Shown piece by piece: positions 54,420 through 63,319 of a stretch of DNA of 64,000 nucleotides. Every line of letters begins with the position of its first letter. Position 1 is the first letter of the stretch. A model generated the notes under the pieces. It was not told the origin of the DNA, ran no database searches, and saw only the letters and a program-made list of their open reading frames with translations. This DNA is from Bdellovibrionales bacterium (GTDB lineage: Bacteria > Bdellovibrionota > UBA1018 > CAIMNF01): positions 189,582 through 253,581 of the forward strand of contig JAFEAO010000002.1 in the NCBI GenBank assembly GCA_018266375.1, written 5' to 3'. The position numbers were made by a program, and so were the translations under genes.

Positions 54420-55808
54420 ATGCTGATCGCAATGCGTAATTTCATTCTTCTCCTGTTGGTTTTGACTCGGTCGAGTTTTGCCTCGACGGTAAAAGAGCCG
54501 CTCCCGTTTTTGTGGGGCGTGGGGAACGCGGCCTTTCAAGTGGAGGGATCGCCCCAAGACTCAGATTGGTACCGCTTTACTCACAAAGCAGGCGCGATCA
54601 AAGACGGAACGAACGCCGATGTGGCGACTGATTTTTGGAACCGGTACGAGGAAGACTTTAAACTCGCACGCGAGATGGGCGCCAACACGTTCCGAATCTC
54701 GATCGCGTGGGAGCGCATTCAGCCTGCGGCTGATAGATGGGACATGGCCGCACTCGCGAAATACGAGCGGATTCTGACCAAGATGCAGAGCTACGGACTC
54801 CTCCCGGTCGTAACACTCCAGCACTTTGTGCTTCCGGGTTGGCTTGCGGATCGAGGCGGGCTACTCGCTAAGAACTTTCCTGAGATCTATACCCAGTACG
54901 CGATGACGGTGATGAACCGCCTGAGTGCCGCACCTGCCAGCGTAAAATTGTGGATGACGTTTAACGAACCCGAGATCCTTGTGTTCTGCGGATATTTTTG
55001 GAGCTGCTGGCCGCCCAAGGTTTATCTTGAACCGGTCAAGGCGGTGAATGCGTCGGCTAATATAGCGCGCGCGCACTTGATGACAGTCACGCAACTGCGC
55101 AGAGCCGCGAAGAGCAAGCGTAATCTGAGCAACGTGCAGATCAGTGTTGCCAAGCACTGGACCCCGGTGCAACCCAAGACCAATAAAGACGGCGATGTGA
55201 AGGCGGCGCAGTTTTATGACGATATGTTTAACCGCCAGTTCATGGATGCTTTTTTGTACGGTAAGATCAGGTTTTTGATGCCAGGTAAGGATGCTTCGGT
55301 CACGCAAACGATTGCGCTTCCGGATCAGCGTCCAGGAATGGATTTCATCAGTATCAATTACTATCAACGCTCGATAGTCTCGAAGCTACCTGTATATCCA
55401 CACTACATGAGTGTCACTGGGCCCGGAACCAAGAACGACCTCGGGTGGGAAATGTATCCGACCGGTCTGTACACGTTGCTTAAGGATGTCGCTCGCTACA
55501 AGCTGCCGATCATGATTTCTGAGAACGGCGTTGCGGACAAAACCGATCAGTATCGCCCGGATTTCTTGAAGGCGCATCTCAATGCGCTCATAAAAGCTAA
55601 AAACGAAGGCGTGCCAGTCGTGGGATATCTTCATTGGTCGCTGACCGACAACTTTGAATGGGCGGAAGGTTTGAGCCCGCGGTTCGGGTTGGTCGAGATG
55701 GATTACAAGACGCTCGAACGCAAGCCGCGACCATCGTACTATATGTATCGAGATTTGATTAAACATTACTCTGGAACCATGCGGGGGTTGCCATGGGGCT
55801 TTCGATGA
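54420..55808 (+). CDS. GH1 beta-glucosidase, secreted
   Basis: Signal peptide. Motifs FLWGVGNAAFQVEG, MTFNEPE (acid/base) and MISENG (nucleophile). An alternative start is at 54432. Confidence 0.92.
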   Translation: MLIAMRNFILLLLVLTRSSFASTVKEPLPFLWGVGNAAFQVEGSPQDSDWYRFTHKAGAIKDGTNADVATDFWNRYEEDFKLAREMGANTFRISIAWERIQPAADRWDMAALAKYERILTKMQSYGLLPVVTLQHFVLPGWLADRGGLLAKNFPEIYTQYAMTVMNRLSAAPASVKLWMTFNEPEILVFCGYFWSCWPPKVYLEPVKAVNASANIARAHLMTVTQLRRAAKSKRNLSNVQISVAKHWTPVQPKTNKDGDVKAAQFYDDMFNRQFMDAFLYGKIRFLMPGKDASVTQTIALPDQRPGMDFISINYYQRSIVSKLPVYPHYMSVTGPGTKNDLGWEMYPTGLYTLLKDVARYKLPIMISENGVADKTDQYRPDFLKAHLNALIKAKNEGVPVVGYLHWSLTDNFEWAEGLSPRFGLVEMDYKTLERKPRPSYYMYRDLIKHYSGTMRGLPWGFR

Positions 55809-56029
55809 TGGATACGCGAGACGATCTCACCAAAAATGAAGTGATTGCTCTGGCGATGAGCTCCTTTAAATGGAAAGAAGCCAAGTGCCTGAGCTGGTAC
55901 AAGCTGCAAAACGTCCATCTTGGCGGTAATTCGCCGATGGAGCTTGTCCAGCGCGGCCAGACCGGGCTTATCGTCGAGTTTTTGCGTCGGAAGCGCGATG
56001 AGATGGAACGGTTCGAGAAGAGGGATTAG
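55805..56029 (+). CDS. Stand-alone DUF2384 (Xre/MbcA/ParS antitoxin C-terminal-like) domain protein
   Basis: KEAKCLSWYKLQNVHLGGNSPMELVQRGQTGLIVEFLRR fits the A..Wl...n..LgG.sP.ell consensus from memory. ATGA overlap with the GH1 stop. Confidence 0.62.
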   Translation: MMDTRDDLTKNEVIALAMSSFKWKEAKCLSWYKLQNVHLGGNSPMELVQRGQTGLIVEFLRRKRDEMERFEKRD

Positions 56030-56032
56030 GAG

Positions 56033-56773
56033 ATGTTCACCAAGAACGCAAACCAGGACGTCGATACCTTTATCATTGTCCATTGGTTGCTGATGAGTCT
56101 TTGCGCGGGCGTACTGAACGCGATCGCCTTCATCGGTCTTGGTACCTTTGCGACGCACGTGACGGGTTTTGGAACTCTCTTTGGCGTGAACATCGCGGGT
56201 TTTCATTTTGGGAACGCGATAGCTGCTCTCGCGGTTCCGATGTTCTTTCTCTGCGGTTCTACCATCTCCGGGCTTTTCGTCGAGGCCCGGGTCCGCGCTG
56301 GTAAACTCCCTCATTACGACTACATCATGTACGCGTGTTCGGCGCTGCTCGTGATTGGCGCCATCATCGGAAGCTCTAGGACCTCGGATCAAATCCCGAC
56401 GTATCTTCACATTCAGCACAACTTTGTCCTGTTGTCGCTGATCTGCCTCACGAGCGGATTGATCAATGCAGCGCTTTCGTATTCTTCGCGTTCTACCCTA
56501 AGGATAACCCATCTCACGGGTGTGACGACGGATTTGGGTCGGGGGATCGCCGAGGTGATCAGCTTAAAGCTCCGGGGGATTATGCCGGAGAAGGTCGATT
56601 TAAGGCTTAATTTGATCCGGACGCTGACGATTGTCTCTTTTGCGGCAGGCGGAATCTTGGGCGCGTTTTCGTTTCACTGGGTGGCGTTTAAGTCACTCCT
56701 GATCCCTGCCGCGTATTTTATCTATGCCGGCGGCCACGGCCGAAAAATAAAAAGGGGTTTGGTTGCGCCCTAG
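56033..56773 (+). CDS. DUF1275 (YoaK-like) membrane protein
   Basis: 6-7 TM helices. The N-terminal segment LLMSLCAGVLNAIAFIGLGTFATHVTG is typical of the family. Confidence 0.72.
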   Translation: MFTKNANQDVDTFIIVHWLLMSLCAGVLNAIAFIGLGTFATHVTGFGTLFGVNIAGFHFGNAIAALAVPMFFLCGSTISGLFVEARVRAGKLPHYDYIMYACSALLVIGAIIGSSRTSDQIPTYLHIQHNFVLLSLICLTSGLINAALSYSSRSTLRITHLTGVTTDLGRGIAEVISLKLRGIMPEKVDLRLNLIRTLTIVSFAAGGILGAFSFHWVAFKSLLIPAAYFIYAGGHGRKIKRGLVAP

Positions 56774-56876
56774 TAATCCTCTTTCGTTTAGGTGCTCCGT
56801 TTTGCCTGTCTGTCTGTGTGGGGGGTCAAAACGGACACATTTATTTTCATTTTTATCTACTTTATTATTTAAAGGA

Positions 56877-58379
56877 ATGGTACTTGGGGTGAGAAAAATT
56901 GTATTGCTTGTGGTGTTTAGCGGTGCCGTCAGTGGTTGTAAGACGACAGTAGTCGAAGTTTTATCTGGCGATTCGTCGATTCTCACACCAACGACAACTC
57001 CTGAGCCCACAATAGCGCCGGCCACCCCGACTCCAACCCCGACTGCGACACCGAAGCCCCCGACTCCAACCCCGACTGCGACACCGAAGCCCGCGACTCC
57101 AACTCCGACTGCGACACCGAATGGCATCGAGGCCGCAAAATATTATGTCTCACCGACTGGTAATGATTCAAATCCAGGCACGATCGACAAACCGTTTTTA
57201 CATCTCGAAAAATTGAGCAAACTCATGCTTCCGGGCGAGCTCGCTTATATCCGTGGCGGAACTCATCGAAGTGGTAAAACTGCCAGCACTCAAGAACAAG
57301 TCTTGTTAGAGAACTTGAACGGAACCGCGTCGAAGCCAATCCGCATCTGGGCTTACCCTGGCGAAAAACCTGTTTTCGACTTCGGTGATGTCCTCAAGAC
57401 TACGAACACTTTAGCGAGTGCGAGCATGGGCATCGTGATTAAAAATAGCGCCTACTTGCACTTAAAAGGTATCCGCGTCACCAATGTCCCTCAAAATGTC
57501 ACGGGCAACGTCACGATCAACTTCTGGTTTCAGGTCATCAATCACCTGACTGTCGAAGCTTGCGAAGCCGACCACGGCATGACGGGCTTTCGCCTCGATA
57601 ATTCGCCGAATGCGTTGTTTGTCAACAATGACGCTCACCACATGCAAGACCCTTACGATCCGGACGGCTATCCTTACGGTGGGGCGGATGGATTTGCACG
57701 TACGGGTTGTGACAACAACTCGCCTAATACAGTTTATCGTAACAATCGCGCTTGGTGGAACACCGACGACGGGTTTGATACGTTCTGTACGGACGGTAGT
57801 GTCACCTTTGACGGTAACTGGGCATTTTGGAACGGTTACATCCCGGGCACCTTCAACGCCGCCGCCGATGGAAATGGTATTAAGGCCGGACCAACCCATC
57901 ACAACTTGAGTACGGTCACTCGTTTTATGCGTAATAACGTTGTGTTTAAAAACCGCGCTAACGGCATCGATATGAACTACGACTCGGATCGAACCGATGT
58001 GGGTGCGCCAGTGATGCAAGTGTACAACAATACTGCTTGGTCTAACGGTAGTCGTGGGTACGCGATGGGATATGGGACGGGTTCAGGTGTCGCACACGTA
58101 GTAAAAAACAACATCGACTATCAAAACGGACAAACTCCGTGGCTGACTTCAGCTACCACGCAAAGCAAAAATTCATGGAATGGCATGAGTGTCACCAACT
58201 CCGATTTTCTCTCGCTCTCGACTTCGGGTGTGGATGGTCCGCGCCAGGCGGATGGTAGTTTACCGAATCTCAATCTATTGAAATTGAGCACATCTTCTAC
58301 GTTGAACGATGCAGGCGGTGACGTGGGCTTGCCGTATTTTGGCAGCTCTCCAGCAGTAGGCGCCTATGAGTCAAAATAG
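56877..58379 (+). CDS. Right-handed parallel beta-helix (pectate-lyase-like) lipoprotein with a Pro/Thr-rich linker
   Basis: Lipobox VSGC. YYVSPTGNDSNPGT start of the beta-helix. Motifs GADGFAR and TDDGFDTF. Confidence 0.8.
   Translation: MVLGVRKIVLLVVFSGAVSGCKTTVVEVLSGDSSILTPTTTPEPTIAPATPTPTPTATPKPPTPTPTATPKPATPTPTATPNGIEAAKYYVSPTGNDSNPGTIDKPFLHLEKLSKLMLPGELAYIRGGTHRSGKTASTQEQVLLENLNGTASKPIRIWAYPGEKPVFDFGDVLKTTNTLASASMGIVIKNSAYLHLKGIRVTNVPQNVTGNVTINFWFQVINHLTVEACEADHGMTGFRLDNSPNALFVNNDAHHMQDPYDPDGYPYGGADGFARTGCDNNSPNTVYRNNRAWWNTDDGFDTFCTDGSVTFDGNWAFWNGYIPGTFNAAADGNGIKAGPTHHNLSTVTRFMRNNVVFKNRANGIDMNYDSDRTDVGAPVMQVYNNTAWSNGSRGYAMGYGTGSGVAHVVKNNIDYQNGQTPWLTSATTQSKNSWNGMSVTNSDFLSLSTSGVDGPRQADGSLPNLNLLKLSTSSTLNDAGGDVGLPYFGSSPAVGAYESK
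57025..57120 (+). repeat. About 2.9 copies of a 33-nt in-frame tandem repeat encoding the (TPTPTATPKPx) linker
   Basis: Units 57025-57057 and 57058-57090 are identical. The third unit diverges at a few positions. Confidence 0.95.
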
Positions 58380-58625
58380 TTAGTGACAAGCCTGGCCCGT
58401 ATAACATCCAACCTGGACCAGTTTTACCCGAGCAGGTCAGTCATCTAAAATCTACCAAAAGAGACTGGTTACTTTTTTATGAAGCCATTTGTTTAATGTG
58501 CAGCGTAAAAAAATTGCGCATCAAATCATTTTCATGTAAGTTGCGCCTCATCGCCTTTGGTATCTCCAGTTTTCAGAAGAGAATGGTCTTCTTGTTTTCT
58601 GGTTCGAAGGTGAAAGAAGGGACCT

Positions 58626-59054
58626 ATGAAAAAAATTCTTATTATTTTGACCGCGTTCGTATCTGCTTCGTCCTTTGCTGGCACCTTTTCGGGGAGAGAT
58701 TACTCTAAGTTTTGTCGTGGTCAGAAAACGGCAAATTATGGTGAGACGCTCCTGTGTACCCAAGCGGCTGAGTATCGGGTGGTAATTGCTGGAAAAGCCG
58801 GTGGTGACGTTCGCCCGCCAGCGAAAGTTATAAATCGGATGCTTGATCCGATTTATGATCTTGAAGTCCTCCCTGATGACAGCACGAGTGGTATTTATAG
58901 ATATACGAAGAGCCTGAACGATCGAAATGGTAGACTCGTCGGATATTACGTCATCTCCGGTTACATCAATACCGAGATCGAAACGCGTGTGAAGGTCGTT
59001 GAGCAATATAACGTTTCCGGCGAATTGGTCTCCGCGGCCGTCTCGAGCTTTTAA
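58626..59054 (+). CDS. Small secreted protein, unknown function
   Basis: Signal peptide MKKILIILTAFVSASSFA. RBS gaagggac upstream. A gcccc-ttga-ggggc hairpin lies downstream. Confidence 0.62.
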   Translation: MKKILIILTAFVSASSFAGTFSGRDYSKFCRGQKTANYGETLLCTQAAEYRVVIAGKAGGDVRPPAKVINRMLDPIYDLEVLPDDSTSGIYRYTKSLNDRNGRLVGYYVISGYINTEIETRVKVVEQYNVSGELVSAAVSSF

Positions 59055-59105
59055 GCTCATTGCTCCCATTGCCCCTTGAGGGGGCGGTCACAAAGACGAG
59101 GGATT

Positions 59106-59567
59106 TTATTTTTTCTTGGAGGTCTTTTTCTTTTTGGCAGGCTTTGCTTTAATAGTGAGAATGTAAAAGATTTTGTGTAAACCGGCGGTTTTTGTTGAGA
59201 TCACATTCTCTGGAGTGCGGTCGCCGAACACAATTTTCAACTGGCCGAGCATGACTGGCCAGTCCCGTTTATTCCTGAACGAGCCCTTCAAGTCAAGAGT
59301 CGCGAGATAGAGCATTTTTTTCAAGCTGTCGTCGGTCGGGAATGCGCCCTTGGTTTTCGTCACTTTCCGGAATTGCCGGTGAAGCGCCTCGACAGCGTTT
59401 GTCGTGTAGATCATTTTCCTGATTTCTGCCGGGAACTGGAAGTAGGTCGCCAGATTCGTCCAGTTTGTGCGCCATCCGTTCACGGCAGTTGGGCATTTGG
59501 CACCCCACTTTTCTTCAAGTGATTTCAGATTTGTCTCCGCGACCTCATGGTCGATCGCGCGGTACAC
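59106..59567 (-). pseudogene. IS256-family (mutator-type) transposase, C-terminal third only
   Basis: EEKWGAKCPTAVNGWRTNWTNLATYFQFPAEIRKMIYTTNAVEALHRQFRKVTKTKGAFP matches the conserved IS256 C-terminal region. The N-terminal 250 aa or so are missing. Confidence 0.8.
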
Positions 59568-59736
59568 TTACCGTTACACCGATTTTCTTTTCGAGATTTT
59601 TCGCATCGTTGAACTCCTGGCTTCGGTCGTTGGTGATCGAGCGGACCGGCAAGTCTTTGAGAGCTGCGACTGACCTGCCCGGGCAAAACTGGTCCAGGTT
59701 GAATGTTATACTGGACCTGCTTGGAAGGAGCAGGAC

Positions 59737-59892
59737 ATGCCAAAAAAACGATATACCCCGGAGGAGATCATCACTCATCTCCGGACAGTGGAAATTGAAC
59801 AAACCAAAGGGGCGAAACTCGAAGAGGCCGCCCGCAAGGTGGGCGTGACCTCGCAAACAATATCGCACTGGAAAGCGGAATTTGGCTTCTAA
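59737..59892 (+). pseudogene. IS3-family transposase OrfA stub (51 codons, HTH part only)
   Basis: Not in the ORF track because it is under 60 aa. My translation is MPKKRYTPEEIITHLRTVEIEQTKGAKLEEAARKVGVTSQTISHWKAEFGF*. It is preceded by a TG-initiated IR-like end TGAATGTTATACTGGACC and the RBS GGAAGGAG. Confidence 0.7.
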
Positions 59893-60176
59893 AAATTGAC
59901 CCTCTAGGAAAAACAGCGTTTTCTCCTAGAGGAGCCGACAAAGTCGCCCTAGAAATTTTGATTTTGGGGTGTATGTGCTATCGGAATTTTTGGTAGCACA
60001 CGAAAGAGAGAATCCTACAGTCTGGTAGCCAGAAGTAGCACACTTGGTAGCCACGCAGGAGTCTTTTGCGTGACTTCCAGATACCTTCGAGAAGTGAGAA
60101 AACTCAATCGAATAACCACGTTTTTGCCCGTGTTTTCGTTGTTTTACTAATGTTTTTGATGATTTGTTTTAAAGGC

Positions 60177-60205
60177 GGGTTGATGATCTTTCCAATCATC
60201 AACCC
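60177..60205 (-). terminator. 11-bp perfect hairpin just 3' of the tRNA-fMet
   Basis: gggttgatgat-N7-atcatcaaccc. On the minus strand it follows the tRNA 3' end by about 23 nt. Confidence 0.5.
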
Positions 60206-60228
60206 TTATGCCGAATTTTGGTTGCGGG

Positions 60229-60305
<77 letters not shown>

Positions 60306-60470
60306 ACGAGTAGCTGAAGCGTAGCTCTTTGCTCAACGATATGTCAATGAAATAGAGGAGTTGGCGTGTAATTGATGAATGGTGCGCTGCGTGTAAAACA
60401 TCTAACGCTTAAACATCGCCATCTTGCCATAAATGACCTGTAATCGAGAGATGATATCAACCTGAAATCT

Positions 60471-60955
60471 CATCGGGCGCTCGTGACTGGCGCTTCGAGT
60501 GGTATTGGCGAGCAGTATGCGTATCAACTGGCGGCACTCGGCTCCGATCTCGTGATCGCAGCCAGGCGCGGTTCAAAAATTATTTGAACGCGCGATCGCG
60601 GGCGGGAAGCCCGACACGATCTTGACCAACAACGCAGGCGTCGGAAAATTCAATCCCTTCACCGCAACGATGTTTGCCGACATCCAAGAGACGATGCAAC
60701 TCAACATGGTCGCACCGACCGAGCTAGCGTACTTTGCGGTCAAACACATGCTGGCGCTCAAGCGCGAGTGCTTTATCACCAACATCTCGTCCATCGGCGC
60801 GTTCCAACCGGTGCAGAGCTTTGCGGTGTACACCGCGACCAAAGCGTACCTCACTCAGTGGAGCGGGCGGGGCAATCGCTGACGACGACGGGCCGGTCCG
60901 GGATGATGTCGGCCGAGCGATGCGCGCAGGGGTGAAATCCGTGTCGACGTCATAA
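60471..60955 (+). pseudogene. Short-chain dehydrogenase/reductase (SDR) pseudogene with internal deletions and frameshifts
   Basis: The first fragment HRALVTGASSGIGEQYAYQLAALGSDLVIAARRG runs into a stop at about 60584. The NNAG...YTATK core (ORF 60622..60882) lies in another frame with about 40 aa missing between the two. The C-terminal tail is again shifted. Confidence 0.75.
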
Positions 60956-61251
60956 ATCGATGCCGACCGGCTCGGCTCGTCGGCTATCGTTGCGGCGCCG
61001 ATCCCGCCCAAAGTCGATGAATGTCATTTAAAGCGGTTCTTGACTGTTTGCGTTGGTGCCTGAAAGTTGCTCAATTTTGCGATTTTACGCTGGAAATGCC
61101 TCTTTTTGGCGTTGTCGAGTGTGGGTATCTGTGTCATTGTCTTTGAGAAACATCCAGGTTTTCAGTTCTGTTCCGACCGAGTTCGCGACCCGACCTCCTA
61201 AAGATAGATTGAGTCCTGTTACTAATAACAATCCATTTAAGGAGACATTTA

Positions 61252-61653
61252 ATGGGTAAACGTATTTTCGTAGGCAACCTTCCATTCTCAGCAACAGATC
61301 AAGTTTTGAACGACACATTCGCTCAATACGGTGCAGTTGAATCTGCAAAGATCATCATGGACCGCAACACCGGCCGCTCTAAAGGCTTCGGGTTCGTGGA
61401 AATGGCTGACGATGCAGGCGCTGCAGCTGCGATTGAAAAATTGAACGGTGCTGAGTACGAAGGTCGTACGATCACTGTTTCTGAAGCGCGCGAAATGCAA
61501 CCACGTGAAGGTGGCGGCGGTGGCGGACGTCGTCCATACGGCGGCGGTGGCGGCGGTGGTTACGGCGGCGGTCGCGGTCGTGACGGCGGTGGCGGCGGAT
61601 ACCGTGGCGGCGGAGGCGGTGGTGACCGCGGCGGTCGCGGCGGTGGTTATTAA
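61252..61653 (+). CDS. RRM (RNP-1) RNA-binding protein with a Gly/Arg/Tyr-rich tail
   Basis: RNP2 IFVGNL and RNP1 KGFGFVEM. The C-terminal tail is GGGGGRRPYGGGGGGGYGGGRGRDGGGGGYRGGGGGGDRGGRGGGY. RBS aaggag upstream. Confidence 0.92.
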   Translation: MGKRIFVGNLPFSATDQVLNDTFAQYGAVESAKIIMDRNTGRSKGFGFVEMADDAGAAAAIEKLNGAEYEGRTITVSEAREMQPREGGGGGGRRPYGGGGGGGYGGGRGRDGGGGGYRGGGGGGDRGGRGGGY

Positions 61654-61690
61654 TCCCTGCTGACTCGCTCACGCGAATCAAAGTTTAAGA

Positions 61691-61720
61691 GCCTCGGTCC
61701 TTCGGGACCGGGGCTTTTTT
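61691..61720 (+). terminator. Rho-independent terminator of the RRM gene
   Basis: gcctcggtcc-ttcg-ggaccggggc followed by tttttt. Confidence 0.8.
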
Positions 61721-61743
61721 CTTTTTGCCCGCCCTAAAGGTGA

Positions 61744-62025
61744 CCAGCCGGGAGTTTTTGGAACTTCTTGCTCAAGACCTCGCTCGTGATCTTTTGGTTC
61801 CTGCTCGCTCAGATCGTGATTCGTTATCTTTTGCCGATGGGGGCGACCAATGATTTCAGGTATATGTTCCCGATTATTCCCTCGCTTGCATGTTTGGCGG
61901 TAAATGGGCTGACGTTGTTTGAGGCGCGCGGGCGCATCAAGTGGGCACGGTACGGATCGATGGCGATGATGTACCTCTTTATCGGGTCGTCGCTACTGTA
62001 TTATTTGGTGACGGTTAAACGCTAA
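61744..62025 (+). pseudogene. Probable C-terminal remnant of a GT-C-like membrane protein (paralogue of 15403..16758)
   Basis: The frame is open only from 61744, with no ATG or RBS (a TTG lies at 61768). FRYMFPIIPSLACLAVNG resembles PRYLIPLIPFAMIGVS near the C-terminus of the 451-aa protein. Confidence 0.4.
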
Positions 62026-62028
62026 CAA

Positions 62029-63258
62029 TTAAACGCTAACGGTGGCGCGCGAGCGCGAAGCGATGGCCGTCCAAACGCAAAGATTGGCGACACCAACGGT
62101 GGCAATCCCGGTTGCGAAGCCGGTCATCCACGTCGGAACCAGCACCATGAGTGATCCGTAAAAGAGCGCGATGCGAACATACTCGGCGGTTCGAATCCAT
62201 GAGCGGCGCTCCAGGATCGCACCCCAGGTGGTGACATTTAACCAAAGCACAAACGATAACCAAAGCTGCTCACCGGTCGTGAGGAACGTATCTTTACGAA
62301 TGACCAAGAACATCGCCGCCATCGAAATTGCGAGTTGCGCGACGAGATACGCGGTGGAACCCGGCATGGCTTTAGTTTGATACTTGATTTGCGTGTCGGC
62401 GTTTTTCCACTGAGATTTTTCGAACGGCGGGAGATTGCGCGGGCGCCAGCCCGGAGGCATAAAGCAAACTTTGATTTTATCGATGAAGTGATCGGCGGCC
62501 ATCATGTCTTTCCAGATCACGATAAACCAATGCAGGTTTAAGTAAGTCGCATCCCAAGATTTAGGGTGGATCGTCACACCGTAGTAGGGTTCCTCGGTTT
62601 GATCGCGATACGTTCCAAACATCCGGTCCCAGATAATAAAGGTACCGCCGTAGTTGCGATCCCAGTAAATCTCGTTTGCAGCGTGGTGCACTTGGTGGTG
62701 GTACGGAGTATTGAGCCAGAGCTGAATCCATTGCGGGAGCTTACCAATCACGCGAGTGTGCGGAATAAACTGGAGCACGAGATTGAGCGCCACCATCGGG
62801 AGAATAATCTCCGGTGAAAACCCCAGCACCGCAAGCGGCCAGTAAAACAAGAAGCTCGCTGCACGCTGGGTAAAGCTTGAGCGGAGCGCGACTGCGTAGT
62901 TGAGTTCCTCGGCCGAATGGTGCGGAACGTGAGCGGCCCAGAGAATATTGATGCGATGGCCGGCACGGTGGAACCAGTAAAACAAAAAATCCACACCGAG
63001 GTAGCACAAAATGTAATTGAGTGTCGTCGGTTCCAGGTGTTGAATCGCAAAGCGGTCGTAGAGCCATCCGTAGACGCCGATCACGGCAACCGCGACCGCG
63101 ACGTTCACGCATTGGGCGATGATCGCCGTGCCGAGTCCGATCAAACTATCTTGAAACGAGTAGTAGCCGTTGCGTTTTTTCAGGCAGTATAAAAACTCGG
63201 CAAGGACCAGAACGAGGATGACCGGCGCGACCAGGGCGTAGACGTTGACAGCATTCAT
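62029..63258 (-). CDS. Fatty-acid hydroxylase / sterol desaturase superfamily membrane protein with an extra C-terminal TM domain
   Basis: His boxes HRAGHR, HVPHHS and HHQVHH. About 130 additional hydrophobic residues lie C-terminal of the catalytic domain. Confidence 0.82.
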   Translation of the reverse strand: MNAVNVYALVAPVILVLVLAEFLYCLKKRNGYYSFQDSLIGLGTAIIAQCVNVAVAVAVIGVYGWLYDRFAIQHLEPTTLNYILCYLGVDFLFYWFHRAGHRINILWAAHVPHHSAEELNYAVALRSSFTQRAASFLFYWPLAVLGFSPEIILPMVALNLVLQFIPHTRVIGKLPQWIQLWLNTPYHHQVHHAANEIYWDRNYGGTFIIWDRMFGTYRDQTEEPYYGVTIHPKSWDATYLNLHWFIVIWKDMMAADHFIDKIKVCFMPPGWRPRNLPPFEKSQWKNADTQIKYQTKAMPGSTAYLVAQLAISMAAMFLVIRKDTFLTTGEQLWLSFVLWLNVTTWGAILERRSWIRTAEYVRIALFYGSLMVLVPTWMTGFATGIATVGVANLCVWTAIASRSRATVSV

Positions 63259-63319
63259 ATCAATAAGAATGCCAGGGATTCAGGGGGAGCCAACTAAAAA
63301 CAGAGGACTGGGGTTTGAG

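Larger units (their letters stand above)
59106..59892. mobile_element. Composite insertion-sequence debris (IS256-family C-terminal fragment, short integrase-core-like fragment, IS3-family left end with orfA stub)
   Basis: See the component features. No intact transposase and no pair of terminal inverted repeats could be identified. Confidence 0.75.

Noticed and set aside
57025-57120. Possible CRISPR-like periodic repeat
   Set aside because: The units are contiguous with no spacers and are in-frame coding sequence. No CRISPR array or cas gene is present anywhere in the window.
56693-57127. 144-aa minus-strand ORF with GVAVGVGV repeats
   Set aside because: It is simply the reverse complement of the Pro/Thr linker repeat of the beta-helix lipoprotein gene.
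61448-61681. Overlapping ORFs on both strands across the Gly-rich tail of the RRM gene
   Set aside because: They are artefacts of the GGC/GGT repeat being open in several frames. The RRM frame has RBS, RNP motifs and a terminator.
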